Positions 35,820-46,410 of a stretch of DNA of 49,843 nucleotides are shown here, in pieces. The position numbers and the translations under genes are program-made. This stretch comes from a virus (taxonomy: Duplodnaviria; Caudoviricetes): IMG/VR virus record IMGVR_UViG_3300032212_000017, positions 1 to 49,843 of that record, one strand, 5' to 3'. The notes under the pieces are model-generated. The model was not told where the DNA came from. It did not search any database and saw only the letters and a program-made list of their open reading frames with translations. Numbering within the stretch: position 1 is the stretch's first letter; every line of letters starts with the position of its first letter.

Positions 35820-36961
35820 TGGCAACTCCTGTAGATGTTGATATTTCTGGCTGGACGATTCAAGGCTCTACTCCGTACTATGACGGTAATTATCCAGCAA
35901 GTTCTAGGTTAAGTATTACGAGCATTACTGGTACAGTGGGTGGTGGTAATTCGATCACTGTTAATGGTGCAGGTTTTAATACTGGCCCTGCTAACTACAA
36001 GATGGAAAACTTTAGTGGTGGTGTAGCCGGTAACGATATCACAACAGGTAATACGTCTTTCGACGAGGTGTATGCCTCTAGTGTCCCTACATTTAATGCT
36101 GATGCGCGTAGTTCTGGTTTGTCAGCAGATACCTTTAAAGCAGGTGCTGTGAACTGGGAAGCTGCTGTAATGAAGTTCCAGCAAGGGACTGGTTTTACTG
36201 AGTGGTTCGCCTCTTACGCTAGAAAGATACCATCAGGAAAGAATCAAACACACAGGGCAAGTGAAGACGGCTCACCTTCATCTTTTGGTACAGGATTTTA
36301 TGAGACATCTGCTGATAAGTACATGTGGATGGATGACGGACTTGCTAATAATGATTTAGTTATACCAACTCGTGCTAGCTGGGGTGAACACCATGTTGCT
36401 GGTAATACTTTGGGTGGGGGCTTAGAATCTCCTTTCTATGATTCAGGCGGTGGCAGCGAAAGTTCTAAGCCACCTTGGTGGAACACTTCTTTCCAAAATA
36501 ATTGGTACAGATACAGTAGTTGGGTTCAGGCTGGAGCTACACCACAAACGGACGCAGGTAAGTTCTACTTTCAGGTTTGTAATAATCAAGACACCTTGTG
36601 GGAATATACAGATGATACTATTGCCATTTTCGCGGGTGGTAGTGCCCCTTATGAAGTAAAAGAAGCATGGTTCCCTGGTTGGTACAGAGAACGAACATTA
36701 GCAGAGGGTTCGGATAATATTCAAATATTGTACGATGATTGCTATCTTGCATGGGGAGCTAATTCAGCTGCACGTGTTGAGATCGGCAATGCAAGTACTT
36801 ACGCAGCTTGTACTGATTTAGCTATCTGTCCTTCTACATCATGGGCTGATGGTGCTATAGCAGTAACCCTTCCAGATGGCCCATTAAGCTACGCTTCTGA
36901 TATGTGGTTATACGTAACCCGTGAAAATAATACTGACCGAGTGAGTTATAAAATAATATAA
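35819..36961 (+). CDS. Ig-like (IPT/TIG) plus lectin/lyase-like decoration protein
   Basis: SITVNGAGF at the N-terminus, SWADGAIAV at the C-terminus, aromatic-rich jelly-roll-like core. Confidence 0.55.
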   Translation: MATPVDVDISGWTIQGSTPYYDGNYPASSRLSITSITGTVGGGNSITVNGAGFNTGPANYKMENFSGGVAGNDITTGNTSFDEVYASSVPTFNADARSSGLSADTFKAGAVNWEAAVMKFQQGTGFTEWFASYARKIPSGKNQTHRASEDGSPSSFGTGFYETSADKYMWMDDGLANNDLVIPTRASWGEHHVAGNTLGGGLESPFYDSGGGSESSKPPWWNTSFQNNWYRYSSWVQAGATPQTDAGKFYFQVCNNQDTLWEYTDDTIAIFAGGSAPYEVKEAWFPGWYRERTLAEGSDNIQILYDDCYLAWGANSAARVEIGNASTYAACTDLAICPSTSWADGAIAVTLPDGPLSYASDMWLYVTRENNTDRVSYKII

Positions 36962-38073
36962 TGGCTATACAAGTAAATTTAGGTTCAGGTGCAAATACAG
37001 TTACGGGTAACTGGAACTACTCTAATACTCCTACTACAATAGGTACATTAGTTGCTGACCTGATTGATGACACAGGCGCTGCTACTGGTAGGACGTTAAC
37101 TTTAGATTCAGCCTTTACAGGTGCATCCGGTACAGATGCAACAGCTACATCAGGCGCTGGTGGATTGCCTCAAGAGTTCTTTGATTACTACTGGTACGAC
37201 AGTGCAGACACAGCAGAGATATCAATATCTGCGACTAATGGTGAGGCTTATACATTAACTATCTCTGGGCATCAAGGTTCACTCGCAGCTCGTAATACGG
37301 ATTTCTTTGCTTCCGGCGGCCCTGCTGGAGCTACAGAGTATAATAATTCAGGTACTGCAACACCTACTGCTCCTGTAACCATTAACGGTACAGTGTCAGG
37401 CACGAGTGTAACTATCCGTCAAGATTTACAGTCATCATTCGCTTATATTAATGGTTTTACGATTGAATTCACTGCTGGCACATCTGTCTCAGCAATCACT
37501 GATCCAGTTACTGATGCCAGTACAGGTAACACATTCAGTGTCTCAGGTTTTGGCTCAGATATAACCTCCATCACTTTAAAAGATGATGTAGCTACAACTC
37601 ATACAGCTTCAGGTACAATCCAGTCAGGTACAGGCGATGGTCCTTATACTTGGGACATGCCTAATATAACAAGTTATGGTACTGATACGCTAGGTACACC
37701 ATTTGATTCTGCGTACTGGGGACATACAGCTGAAGTCACTGATGGTACTGATACAGGTGCTATCACAATTGTTGTTAATGAGAAGTCTGGATGGAATTCA
37801 GTAGACGTAAGTGCTACGCCTAACACAGCTTCTGGTTCAGTGTTCTTCGGTTGGACAGGAACACCTGCTCAGTACGACCAAGTGTACTATCCAACAGCGA
37901 ATAATACATCTGTTGATGCAGATGGTATACTTACAACTGATCAGTTAACTGGTTCAATCACAATGGTGTACTTCGATCAATCAGATAGCAAATGGAAGCC
38001 TTTCAGTATAATAATCTCGGTACTATCTGGTAGTATTGGTCTAGGCCGAGTCATCAAAAGAAGACGTAGGTAA
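36961..38073 (+). CDS. T/G/S-rich beta-sandwich virion protein with poly-Arg tail
   Basis: Composition and position; ends VIKRRRR. Confidence 0.6.
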   Translation: MAIQVNLGSGANTVTGNWNYSNTPTTIGTLVADLIDDTGAATGRTLTLDSAFTGASGTDATATSGAGGLPQEFFDYYWYDSADTAEISISATNGEAYTLTISGHQGSLAARNTDFFASGGPAGATEYNNSGTATPTAPVTINGTVSGTSVTIRQDLQSSFAYINGFTIEFTAGTSVSAITDPVTDASTGNTFSVSGFGSDITSITLKDDVATTHTASGTIQSGTGDGPYTWDMPNITSYGTDTLGTPFDSAYWGHTAEVTDGTDTGAITIVVNEKSGWNSVDVSATPNTASGSVFFGWTGTPAQYDQVYYPTANNTSVDADGILTTDQLTGSITMVYFDQSDSKWKPFSIIISVLSGSIGLGRVIKRRRR

Positions 38074-38564
38074 TGTCAAGAGCTGATTACTTAAAACTTG
38101 GCGACCACAACGCGATCTGTGATGTATGTGGTTTCAAATACAAATCGTCCGACCTCCAGCGTAGATGGGATGGGTTGTACGTTTGTAGACAGGACTTCGA
38201 GCCTCGCCATCCTAGTGACTTCTTCAGGATGAAAGAAGAGAACACCTCTGTCCCTTGGGCAAGACCTGATGTAAGTGATGACCCTAATGATTCTGTAGGT
38301 GATACAGATACAACATTAACAGTTGATACAGATACTACAGTACAATATTACAGTACAGCTTTAACAGCTAACCGAACAATTACATTAGATACTACAGGTG
38401 CAAGAGAAGGCTCTCAGTTCACTGTGTTTCGTACAGATGGAGCTGCCTTTACTTTAGATGTAGGTGGCTTACAAACAATCCCTGTAAGTACAGACGCTGT
38501 TGTTACAGTTAATTTCAACGGTACTGCTTGGGTACTTAAAGATTACACGATTACGGAGATATAA
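38073..38564 (+). CDS. Conserved Zn-binding head-tail region protein with C-terminal extension
   Basis: ICDVCGFKYK...WDGL.VC...EPRHP. Confidence 0.7.
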   Translation: MSRADYLKLGDHNAICDVCGFKYKSSDLQRRWDGLYVCRQDFEPRHPSDFFRMKEENTSVPWARPDVSDDPNDSVGDTDTTLTVDTDTTVQYYSTALTANRTITLDTTGAREGSQFTVFRTDGAAFTLDVGGLQTIPVSTDAVVTVNFNGTAWVLKDYTITEI

Positions 38565-39286
38565 TGGCAACTTCTGGAAGCACTGACTTCACACTTAACC
38601 GTAACGAGATTATTAACGCTGCATTCCGCACAATCGGTGTCGGTGTACGTGGTGAGACTTTATCTGCTGAAGAGGTTGCAGATGGCTCTGAGGCACTGAA
38701 TTTAATGCTTAAAGCTTGGGATGCTTACGGTCTTCCTTTATGGCGTAGAGATCAAACCTCTTTAACTTTAGTTGCTTCACAGAACAGTTATACCTTCGGA
38801 CCAACAGGTGCTGATGTAACTGTCCCTAGACCACTGAGAATCCTTGAGATTAATAGAAAAGATACATCCGGTAATGAAGCCGAGATGAACCTCGTGTCTT
38901 TAGAAGAATGGTCTCGTTTACCTAATAAAACGACAACAACTGTCGGTACTCCTGTGTCTTGTTACTTCGACCCAACTACTTCATCCAGTACATTAAAAGT
39001 ATGGCCTATGCCCGATGCTACAGCTGCTGCTGCTTACACACTGGATATCTGGTTCCACTCTCCAATTGAAGATATGGATGCAAGTACAGATAACTTCGAC
39101 TGTCCTCCTGAGTGGCTAGAGGCTATCAAGTACGGTTTAGCTATTCGTTTAGCTGATGAGTACAGTATTCCTGATCAGATGTATTACAGGATTCGTAGAC
39201 GTGCTGATGACTCTTTAGAATTAGCTAAATCATTCGACGTAGAAGATACAAGCTTTTACTTCCAACCTGACTCTGAGGGCTGCTAA
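38564..39286 (+). CDS. Head-to-tail adaptor (P22 gp4-like)
   Basis: II..A...IGV...LN.ML..W, VWP.PD, P.EW..A..YGLA.RLA.EY. Confidence 0.75.
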   Translation: MATSGSTDFTLNRNEIINAAFRTIGVGVRGETLSAEEVADGSEALNLMLKAWDAYGLPLWRRDQTSLTLVASQNSYTFGPTGADVTVPRPLRILEINRKDTSGNEAEMNLVSLEEWSRLPNKTTTTVGTPVSCYFDPTTSSSTLKVWPMPDATAAAAYTLDIWFHSPIEDMDASTDNFDCPPEWLEAIKYGLAIRLADEYSIPDQMYYRIRRRADDSLELAKSFDVEDTSFYFQPDSEGC

Positions 39287-40737
39287 TGGCTGTTGTACAC
39301 CTAGAAGCACCTAAGTTCAAAGGGTACGTAGCAGGTACTAATGCACCTTTATCAGGTGGTAAAGTTTACGTGTACGATGCAGGTACATCTGATTTAGCAA
39401 CTATTTACACTTCTCAGGCTGCTGATACAGAGCACACTAATCCTGTCATCCTGGATGCTAACGGAGAAGAAGAGATATGGTACAACTCTAATGTTAAAGT
39501 TATTGTTAAAGATTCGGACGATGTTCAACAGTACAGTTTCGATAATATCGTGGCAACAATTGAGCCGACAGTTTCAGGTGTTTATAATCTGGTGCAGACA
39601 GGTGGATTCGAGACAGATTCTGATTCTGATGGAGAACCTGATAATTGGACTCTTGCTGCTGATACGAGCGGGACTATCGCTATTGATGCTACCTCTGGTA
39701 ATCATGCTAATGGCTCTAACGCACTTAAGTTCACTTCTGGAGGGTTCGGTGGTGGATCTGCAACAACAACCCCGTACTCGGAAGTAACTGCTGGAGATGA
39801 TGTACAGGTTGCTTTCAGACTGAAGAGTTCTATAGCAACAGTTAAGAACATCGTGACTGTTCTGTGGTATCAAAACAACGCAGGTTTAGCATCTAGCACA
39901 GCCAGTACAGCAGTTTACAGTGATACTGCGACTAACCCTACTTCTTGGACGTATAAGTCATTCTCAGCGACTGTTCCAGTAGATGCCTATTATTGTAAGA
40001 TAAAAATCGAAGGTGTAGAATCTTCAGGTACAACAATCACAGCAGGTGCTAATACGCATTACGATGATGTCCGTCTGTACCAAGGACCGGTTATTTTTCC
40101 TAATATCACAGCACCAGTTACTGCATCCGAAGCAGAACTGAACATCATGGACGGAGTGACTTCATCTACTGCTGAACTTAATATCCTTGATGGTGTAACT
40201 GCCACATTCGATGAACTGAATTATGCCGATGGTCCGAACGCAGCAACTAAATTCTTATTATTAGATAGCAGTGCAGAAGTACCGTTAGCTCAACGTCCTG
40301 TAGGTTCTCCAGTTCAGGTTAAATCTGTTAATAATACAACAGAGGTTACTGGTACGCCTACAGCTATGCCTTTTGATACATCAATACCACAAATAACTGA
40401 AGGTCATGAGGCTGCAACCCTTTCCTTTACTCCACTGTTTGATGATTCAATACTTAATATTGAGTGTCATTGTCCTTCTACAATCACAACACCAACACAA
40501 GTTGTTATAGCTTTATTCGCAGATGGTGCTACGGATGCTATAGCAGCTGAAGGATACGATGCTGGTACTTATAACCAAAGTACATTACGTCATCGAATGG
40601 TATCTGGCACTACTAGCGCTATAGATTTCGATCTAAGGTTAGGATCAAATGGCTCTTCCTCTATCACAGTGAATGCTAACAGTCAATTAGGTTCTTTAGC
40701 AGCTAGTACAATTACCATTACAGAAGTAAAAGTATGA
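39286..40737 (+). CDS. Tail fibre/spike-like protein with head-binding-type N-terminus and CBM-like domain
   Basis: PLSGGKVYVYDAGT...NPVILDANGE; NLV..GGFE...PDNW carbohydrate-binding-like segment; AELNI.DG repeats. Confidence 0.7.
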   Translation: MAVVHLEAPKFKGYVAGTNAPLSGGKVYVYDAGTSDLATIYTSQAADTEHTNPVILDANGEEEIWYNSNVKVIVKDSDDVQQYSFDNIVATIEPTVSGVYNLVQTGGFETDSDSDGEPDNWTLAADTSGTIAIDATSGNHANGSNALKFTSGGFGGGSATTTPYSEVTAGDDVQVAFRLKSSIATVKNIVTVLWYQNNAGLASSTASTAVYSDTATNPTSWTYKSFSATVPVDAYYCKIKIEGVESSGTTITAGANTHYDDVRLYQGPVIFPNITAPVTASEAELNIMDGVTSSTAELNILDGVTATFDELNYADGPNAATKFLLLDSSAEVPLAQRPVGSPVQVKSVNNTTEVTGTPTAMPFDTSIPQITEGHEAATLSFTPLFDDSILNIECHCPSTITTPTQVVIALFADGATDAIAAEGYDAGTYNQSTLRHRMVSGTTSAIDFDLRLGSNGSSSITVNANSQLGSLAASTITITEVKV

Positions 40738-42155
40738 GAATACCATTCCTTGACCAAACCGGTGGTTCTCGTGCTCGTGATGTGGATTACCAACTTACTC
40801 AGAACTGGTACGTTGAATTATCTCAGTCAGGTAAGTCTCAGGTTGTTCTGTACCCAACACCAGGACTTACAGTATTCGGTAATTTAGGTGCTGGTCCTAT
40901 ACGTGGCTCAATCGTCTTTAACGACTTCCTGTACGTAGTGGCTGGTAATACAGTTTATCAAGTGAACAACGCCGGTGGTGCAACGACTTTAACAGGTACT
41001 TTGAACACCACAGGTGGTCGTGTATCTTTAGCGCATAACGGCCAGCGTATCTTGATTGCTGACGGTACTAACGGATATTATTGCACAGCAACAACGGTTA
41101 CAACAATCACAGATGCTGACTACCCTGACACAGCCTCTCAGTGTGTGTTCTTTGATTCGTACTTTATTGTAAATGATCCGACGAATGTTGGTCGTTTCTA
41201 TATCTCTGATTCATACGCTACTGATGCTACTGATTCATGGTCAGCTACTTCATTCGCTACAGCAGAACGTGATCCTGACTCATTAGTCTCAATCGTAGCT
41301 AATAACAGGGAACTGTGGTTCATTGGCTCTGAGACAGCAGAGGTATGGTTCAACTCAGGTGCTTTAACAGTTCCTTTTGAACCTGTACAGAACGCATTCA
41401 GTCAATGGGGTTGTGCAGCTGAGCACTCAACAGCTGAAGCAGATGGTTCTGTGTTCTGGCTGAGTAAGAACAAACAAGGCCAAGGTCAGGTAATCCAGAC
41501 AAAGGGATATAACCCTACGATTATCTCGACAGATGCTATTGCTACTAAGATAGCTGATATGAGCGTGATAAACGATGCCTTTGGTTATACTTATCAGGCA
41601 TTCCGTCACACGTTTTACGTTCTAACCTTTCCTACAGAAGCAGTTACTTTAGTGTACGATATAGCCACTCAAACATGGCATGAATGGGTCTCTAAAGGTA
41701 TTGGTAGACACAGAGGTAATTCCCATTCATTCTTTAACGGTGAACATATAGTAGGGGACTACACCGATGGTAAGTTATACAAGCTTGATTATTCTGTGTA
41801 CACTGATAACGGCGATGTCATCACGCGGAAGAGGCGATCTCCACATTTACATACCGACGATAAGTATGCTTTCCACCGCTCTCTGAGGATTGACTTCAAA
41901 GAAGGTATTGGGAATGCTGCTGAGGCTGACCCTCAAGCAATGCTACGGTGGTCAGACGATGGAGGACACACGTGGAGCAACGAATACTGGCGAGACATAG
42001 GTGCGGTAGGGGAGTACAAGAATAAGGCGATATGGCGCAAACTAGGGCGTTCTGATGACCGTGTGTACGAGTTAACTATCACAGATGGTGTATTTGCTGT
42101 TGTTTTAGACGGGTTTGCTGATATTGATACCTCTGGAGCAGAGAATGTCACATAG
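40734..42155 (+). CDS. Tail hub/packaged DNA stabilisation protein (P22 gp10-like)
   Basis: LYPTPGL, F.TAE..PD, FYVLTFP, YD.AT..WH, L.WSDDGGHTW, W..LG. Confidence 0.85.
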   Translation: MRIPFLDQTGGSRARDVDYQLTQNWYVELSQSGKSQVVLYPTPGLTVFGNLGAGPIRGSIVFNDFLYVVAGNTVYQVNNAGGATTLTGTLNTTGGRVSLAHNGQRILIADGTNGYYCTATTVTTITDADYPDTASQCVFFDSYFIVNDPTNVGRFYISDSYATDATDSWSATSFATAERDPDSLVSIVANNRELWFIGSETAEVWFNSGALTVPFEPVQNAFSQWGCAAEHSTAEADGSVFWLSKNKQGQGQVIQTKGYNPTIISTDAIATKIADMSVINDAFGYTYQAFRHTFYVLTFPTEAVTLVYDIATQTWHEWVSKGIGRHRGNSHSFFNGEHIVGDYTDGKLYKLDYSVYTDNGDVITRKRRSPHLHTDDKYAFHRSLRIDFKEGIGNAAEADPQAMLRWSDDGGHTWSNEYWRDIGAVGEYKNKAIWRKLGRSDDRVYELTITDGVFAVVLDGFADIDTSGAENVT

Positions 42156-42489
42156 AAGACCGATACACCCTGTATCTGAAGTAACCTCTGAATGGTTAAA
42201 GCAAGTCTCTCAGTACAGTTTAGATGTCAGACAGATAGAGGTTGATATAGATGTAACTTCTGTTCCAGCTAATACAACCGATGAGCAGACAGTTACAATC
42301 ACTGGAGTAAAAGCAGAGGATGTTATCATCTCTGTGAATAAACCTTCTCACAGCACAGGCTTAGGTATCGTAGGATACAGAGTATCGGCAGATGATACTA
42401 TTGCAATAACTTACATGAACGCAACAGGTTCTGCGATAGACCCTGCTTCAGAAACTTATATTGTTGTACTATTAAAGAATAGGATTTGA
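42145..42489 (+). CDS. Putative structural protein
   Basis: ATG with GGAG RBS; RVSA.DT...N.TG.AIDP motif. Confidence 0.6.
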   Translation: MSHRRPIHPVSEVTSEWLKQVSQYSLDVRQIEVDIDVTSVPANTTDEQTVTITGVKAEDVIISVNKPSHSTGLGIVGYRVSADDTIAITYMNATGSAIDPASETYIVVLLKNRI

Positions 42490-42490
42490 A

Positions 42491-43381
42491 ATGGCTAATT
42501 TTATTAGTAATTTATGGGATGATCTAACAGGCAAGACTGCTGCTGAAGATTCCAGTGCTGCATTACAAGCTGGTACAGACGCTGCTATGGCTTTAGGTGA
42601 GAAAGGACTTGCTTTACAAGAAGATATTTTTGATTGGACCAAAGAGACGTGGGAGGCACAACAGGCTGACATTAAGCCGTATCAGGAGGCTGGGTTAGAG
42701 GCTTTAGCCAAATACCAAGCGATACAGGCAGACCCTGATGCTTTAGCCGATGACCCTACTTTACAGTTCTTACAACGTATGGGACAAGAGCAGGTCGAGT
42801 CCTCTGCTGCGGCTCGTGGTACTCAGTTATCAGGACGCACACTCGAAGCTTTAAGTGAGCGAGGTCAGAGTATCGCCTCTCAATACAGAGGGCAGGTCTT
42901 AGGTGAATTGTCTAATTTAATGGCTTTAGGTACAGGTACAGGCTTACAGGCCACAGCAGGGGCTACAGGTGCTGTTGGTGCAGCAGGAGCAGGTGTCAGT
43001 AAAGGGTACGGTGCATTAGCTGACCTAGCACAACAAGGTGGTATGACACAGGCTGCTAATATCATGGGTGCTTACGGTGGATTCTCGAACCTATTGAGTG
43101 GTGGTATGCAAGCTGCTGCCTTGGCTTGTTCTCGTACATTTAAAGAGAATTACACAGAGATAAACACTGATGATTTACTGGCTCAGCTGAATGCTTTGGA
43201 TATTGAAGAATGGAATTACATCGGTGAGGATGCTACACACGTATCCCCTTACGCTGAGGATTTCCAGAAAGTAACCGGTAAAGGTGATGGCAAAACTATC
43301 CCTGTTGTAGATGTTATTGGTTTACTGATGGGAGCTGTGCAATCCCTTTCTGCTAAAGTTAATGAATTGGAGGCTAAGTAA
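42491..43381 (+). CDS. DNA ejection protein (P22 gp7-like) with C-terminal peptidase S74 chaperone domain
   Basis: PY.EAG..AL and SAAARG.QLSG.TL..L motifs; C-terminal CSRTFKEN...WNY...AED...coiled coil. Confidence 0.75.
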   Translation: MANFISNLWDDLTGKTAAEDSSAALQAGTDAAMALGEKGLALQEDIFDWTKETWEAQQADIKPYQEAGLEALAKYQAIQADPDALADDPTLQFLQRMGQEQVESSAAARGTQLSGRTLEALSERGQSIASQYRGQVLGELSNLMALGTGTGLQATAGATGAVGAAGAGVSKGYGALADLAQQGGMTQAANIMGAYGGFSNLLSGGMQAAALACSRTFKENYTEINTDDLLAQLNALDIEEWNYIGEDATHVSPYAEDFQKVTGKGDGKTIPVVDVIGLLMGAVQSLSAKVNELEAK

Positions 43382-44499
43382 TGGCTGTTGATATCTCACA
43401 AACATTAGCAATGATCGCAGGGATGCCTGGAAAGACTATAGGCCAAGGCTTAAGTAAGGCTGCTCAGTTGTATTCTCAGAAAGAAGATAGAGCAGAAGCA
43501 ATGAAAGTTTCTAAGGCGAAACTCACAGCTACTCAAGAGGCGAATGCTTTAAAGAAAATAGAAGCACGCCGAACAGTTATGCAGAACTACAGTTTTGAGA
43601 TGGCGAATGCGTACAAAGATCACCCTGAAGGTGAGGATCGTAATCAAGCTTTGCAGACAGTAACTAAAAAATACTTACCTAATATGAAACTTGTCGGTGT
43701 ACCTGATGAAGCTTTAACTGCAATGTCAGCTGGAGATTATCCAACCTTCGAGCAAACAGTCAGTACTGCCTCTATGGTTCCTGATTACGCTAAACAACTT
43801 AGCCCTGAAGCTTTATCTAAACCAGCTGCTAAAGATTTCACCCAAGAATCTGTCAAGCAGTACTTGAAATCAGGTGATCAAGGAGACTTAGTACCTCGTG
43901 AAACAGGTCCAGGTGTTAAAGTTGTGGTGGGTGGTGAAGGTACTGAATTCGATAAAGCTGTTGGTAAAGCATTCGGTAAGGATTTTGTAGCGCGTAGAAA
44001 AGATGCTCAAGATGCATCTAAATCACTAAGAACATCAAACGAAGCGGTTGACTTGCTTAATAGCGGTATCGTTACGGGAACGGGTGCTGAACTTATCACT
44101 TCATTCGGTAAAGCTCTGAAGAAAGTCTCTGGTGGGATATATAAAGGCGAAGCAGAGGCTAATACAGAGGCTTACATGGCTAATCAAGCTAAAGCTGTTG
44201 CTAATATCATCAAAGCCTTTGGTGCAGGTACTGGTTTGTCTGACGCTGATAGAGAATACGCAGAGAAAGCTGCTGCTGGTAAGATTACCATGACAGAGGA
44301 ATCTTTACGTAAGATTATTGACATTAACAACAGGGCTTCTCGATACGTCATTCAAGATTTCAATGAAGACGCTAAAGCCTTAAATAAACGTGGAACTATT
44401 CCTTTTGATATCAGTGTAGAGATACCTGAAGTCAAAGGTGCTGAGACTACAATGACGGATGAGGAATACGAGGCGCGTAAGAAGGAACTTGGATTGTGA
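43381..44499 (+). CDS. Putative DNA ejection/internal virion protein
   Basis: Helical and A/K-rich, with FGAGTGLSDADREY; position after the gp7-like gene. Confidence 0.65.
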   Translation: MAVDISQTLAMIAGMPGKTIGQGLSKAAQLYSQKEDRAEAMKVSKAKLTATQEANALKKIEARRTVMQNYSFEMANAYKDHPEGEDRNQALQTVTKKYLPNMKLVGVPDEALTAMSAGDYPTFEQTVSTASMVPDYAKQLSPEALSKPAAKDFTQESVKQYLKSGDQGDLVPRETGPGVKVVVGGEGTEFDKAVGKAFGKDFVARRKDAQDASKSLRTSNEAVDLLNSGIVTGTGAELITSFGKALKKVSGGIYKGEAEANTEAYMANQAKAVANIIKAFGAGTGLSDADREYAEKAAAGKITMTEESLRKIIDINNRASRYVIQDFNEDAKALNKRGTIPFDISVEIPEVKGAETTMTDEEYEARKKELGL

Positions 44500-46172
44500 G
44501 TGCTACTCCTGAAACCCTGAAGCAGATGTTCTACGAGGCTGAGCAACGTGGGGATAAAGAAACTGCGATTGCTATTATGGGTAAATTACAAGAAACCCAA
44601 ACTGCTCCTGAACCATCTCCTGAAACTACATTCACACCTCAAGATAAAAGCTTCTTAGACAGAGTACAAGAGAAGTACACAGCTCGTGGTGTGGAAGTAA
44701 CCGAATCGATACTTGACTATATGTCTGATGATTTAACCGCTAATGAATTGATGGTGCAGACAGTCGGTAAAGGTGTGGCTGGTAGTTTTATGGATTTAGC
44801 TGGTGAAACTATCTCTCAAAGTCTATCAGGACTACGTTTATTAATTCCTGATGCAGTGGCTGATGCTACCAAGCAAGGTATGATCAAGGCATGGGACACT
44901 GTTGCTAATACTGAGGTTGGTGAAGCTGCAATCAATGCTGCGGAAAAAGGTATTAAAGCTTACGATGAATGGAGTAAGGAAAACCCAAGGGCAGCTAAAG
45001 ATGTGGAGTCTGTTGTTAACATAGGTATGTTAGTGGCTCCTGCGAAGGTGAAGAAGAACGCTCCTCCTGGATTCTTAAGTAAAGTATCGGACTCTACAGT
45101 TGGCAAGACAGCTCGTGCTTTAGAGGCATCTGCTGCTAAAACAATCGCTAAACGTAAAACAAAATACCTTGACACTCTTTTAACGCCTAAACAAACAGCT
45201 AAGGTTCGTACATCACAAGTTGCACAAACGGAAGAAGTGGGTAAAGGATTACTTGCTCGTAGTGTTGTAAAGAAAACACCACATCAAGAGGCTATCGCTA
45301 AGGAAGTTGCTAAAGTTAAAGCCCTTAAACCAGGAATGAGCTTGCAGAAAAGCTACGAAGAGATATCTAAAGTTAATCTAGGGTTAGCCAAGAAACTAGA
45401 GCGTGATGTTGCTAAAGAGAAGATAATCCTGTCAAGGAATTCTACGAATGAAGTAGTAGACAAAGCAGTGTCTGATCTTATCGCCTCTAACCCTGTAGTA
45501 ACTGGCGAAGCAGCTAATATAGCTAATAAGGTAGCTACTAAGGCTAAACAACTTATTGATCAAAATCCCCCTAATCCTGCTGGTTTACTGAAAGCACGTA
45601 AAGATTTAGATGCTTGGATACTGAAGCAGAAAGGTGATGCTATCTTTGATCCAGCTCTTGAGAATTCTTTAACTCACTCAACCAGAGCTGTACGTACTGC
45701 AATGAACGATGCTTTAGATGCTTCTGTTAAAAGTACAGCTGTTAAAGAAGAACTGAAACGACAGTCTTTACTGTTCGATGCTATGGATGTAATTCGCCCT
45801 AAAGCGGCTGATGAAGCTAATACATGGGTGATGAGAGCATGGCAGAACGCTGCTGCTGTTTTACCTTTCCAACGTAAAGCTACTCAAGAAGTAGGTTTAT
45901 TACTTGGTCTAACCTCTTTCGGTGCAGCTAGTACATTTGCCCCTTACTTCCAAGCAGCGGCTTTAGGTACTGGTGCTACTTACGGAACTTATCGTATAGC
46001 TTCTTCTCCAGCAGCCCGTAAAGGTATTGCTAAGATCCTGAACCTGACTGATCAGGCTATTAAAGTATCGACTAATAAGGAGATGCTGAAGCAGTTACGT
46101 GCTGATCGTATGTTCCTTGTTGAATTACTCAAGAATGACGAACTAGAACAGGAGCAGCAAGGTGAAAGATGA
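44496..46172 (+). CDS. Putative DNA ejection/internal virion protein
   Basis: 558-aa helical protein with a hydrophobic C-terminal segment; third gene of the ejection trio. Confidence 0.65.
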   Translation: MSATPETLKQMFYEAEQRGDKETAIAIMGKLQETQTAPEPSPETTFTPQDKSFLDRVQEKYTARGVEVTESILDYMSDDLTANELMVQTVGKGVAGSFMDLAGETISQSLSGLRLLIPDAVADATKQGMIKAWDTVANTEVGEAAINAAEKGIKAYDEWSKENPRAAKDVESVVNIGMLVAPAKVKKNAPPGFLSKVSDSTVGKTARALEASAAKTIAKRKTKYLDTLLTPKQTAKVRTSQVAQTEEVGKGLLARSVVKKTPHQEAIAKEVAKVKALKPGMSLQKSYEEISKVNLGLAKKLERDVAKEKIILSRNSTNEVVDKAVSDLIASNPVVTGEAANIANKVATKAKQLIDQNPPNPAGLLKARKDLDAWILKQKGDAIFDPALENSLTHSTRAVRTAMNDALDASVKSTAVKEELKRQSLLFDAMDVIRPKAADEANTWVMRAWQNAAAVLPFQRKATQEVGLLLGLTSFGAASTFAPYFQAAALGTGATYGTYRIASSPAARKGIAKILNLTDQAIKVSTNKEMLKQLRADRMFLVELLKNDELEQEQQGER

Positions 46173-46410
46173 AGAGTTAAAGAAAGCCTTAGAAGAAGTC
46201 CTTGATGCAAGAGCACCTGTTGATAAAGAAACACATATAAAACACCATGAGTTCGTTGATATCTTGATAGAAGAACGTCAGAAAAAGAAAGAAAGGAACG
46301 AGAAGATTAAAACTCAAGTAATAGGTTGGGGTATCTTAGCCATCCTCTCAGGTATAGGTACAGCTTTGTATCATTGGTTTTCACACTTCGTACAGAACGG
46401 GGGTCAGTAG
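46162..46410 (+). CDS. Single-TM membrane protein (lysis-related candidate)
   Basis: Charged N-terminus, then VIGWGILAILSGIGTALYHWF. Confidence 0.65.
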   Translation: MKDEELKKALEEVLDARAPVDKETHIKHHEFVDILIEERQKKKERNEKIKTQVIGWGILAILSGIGTALYHWFSHFVQNGGQ

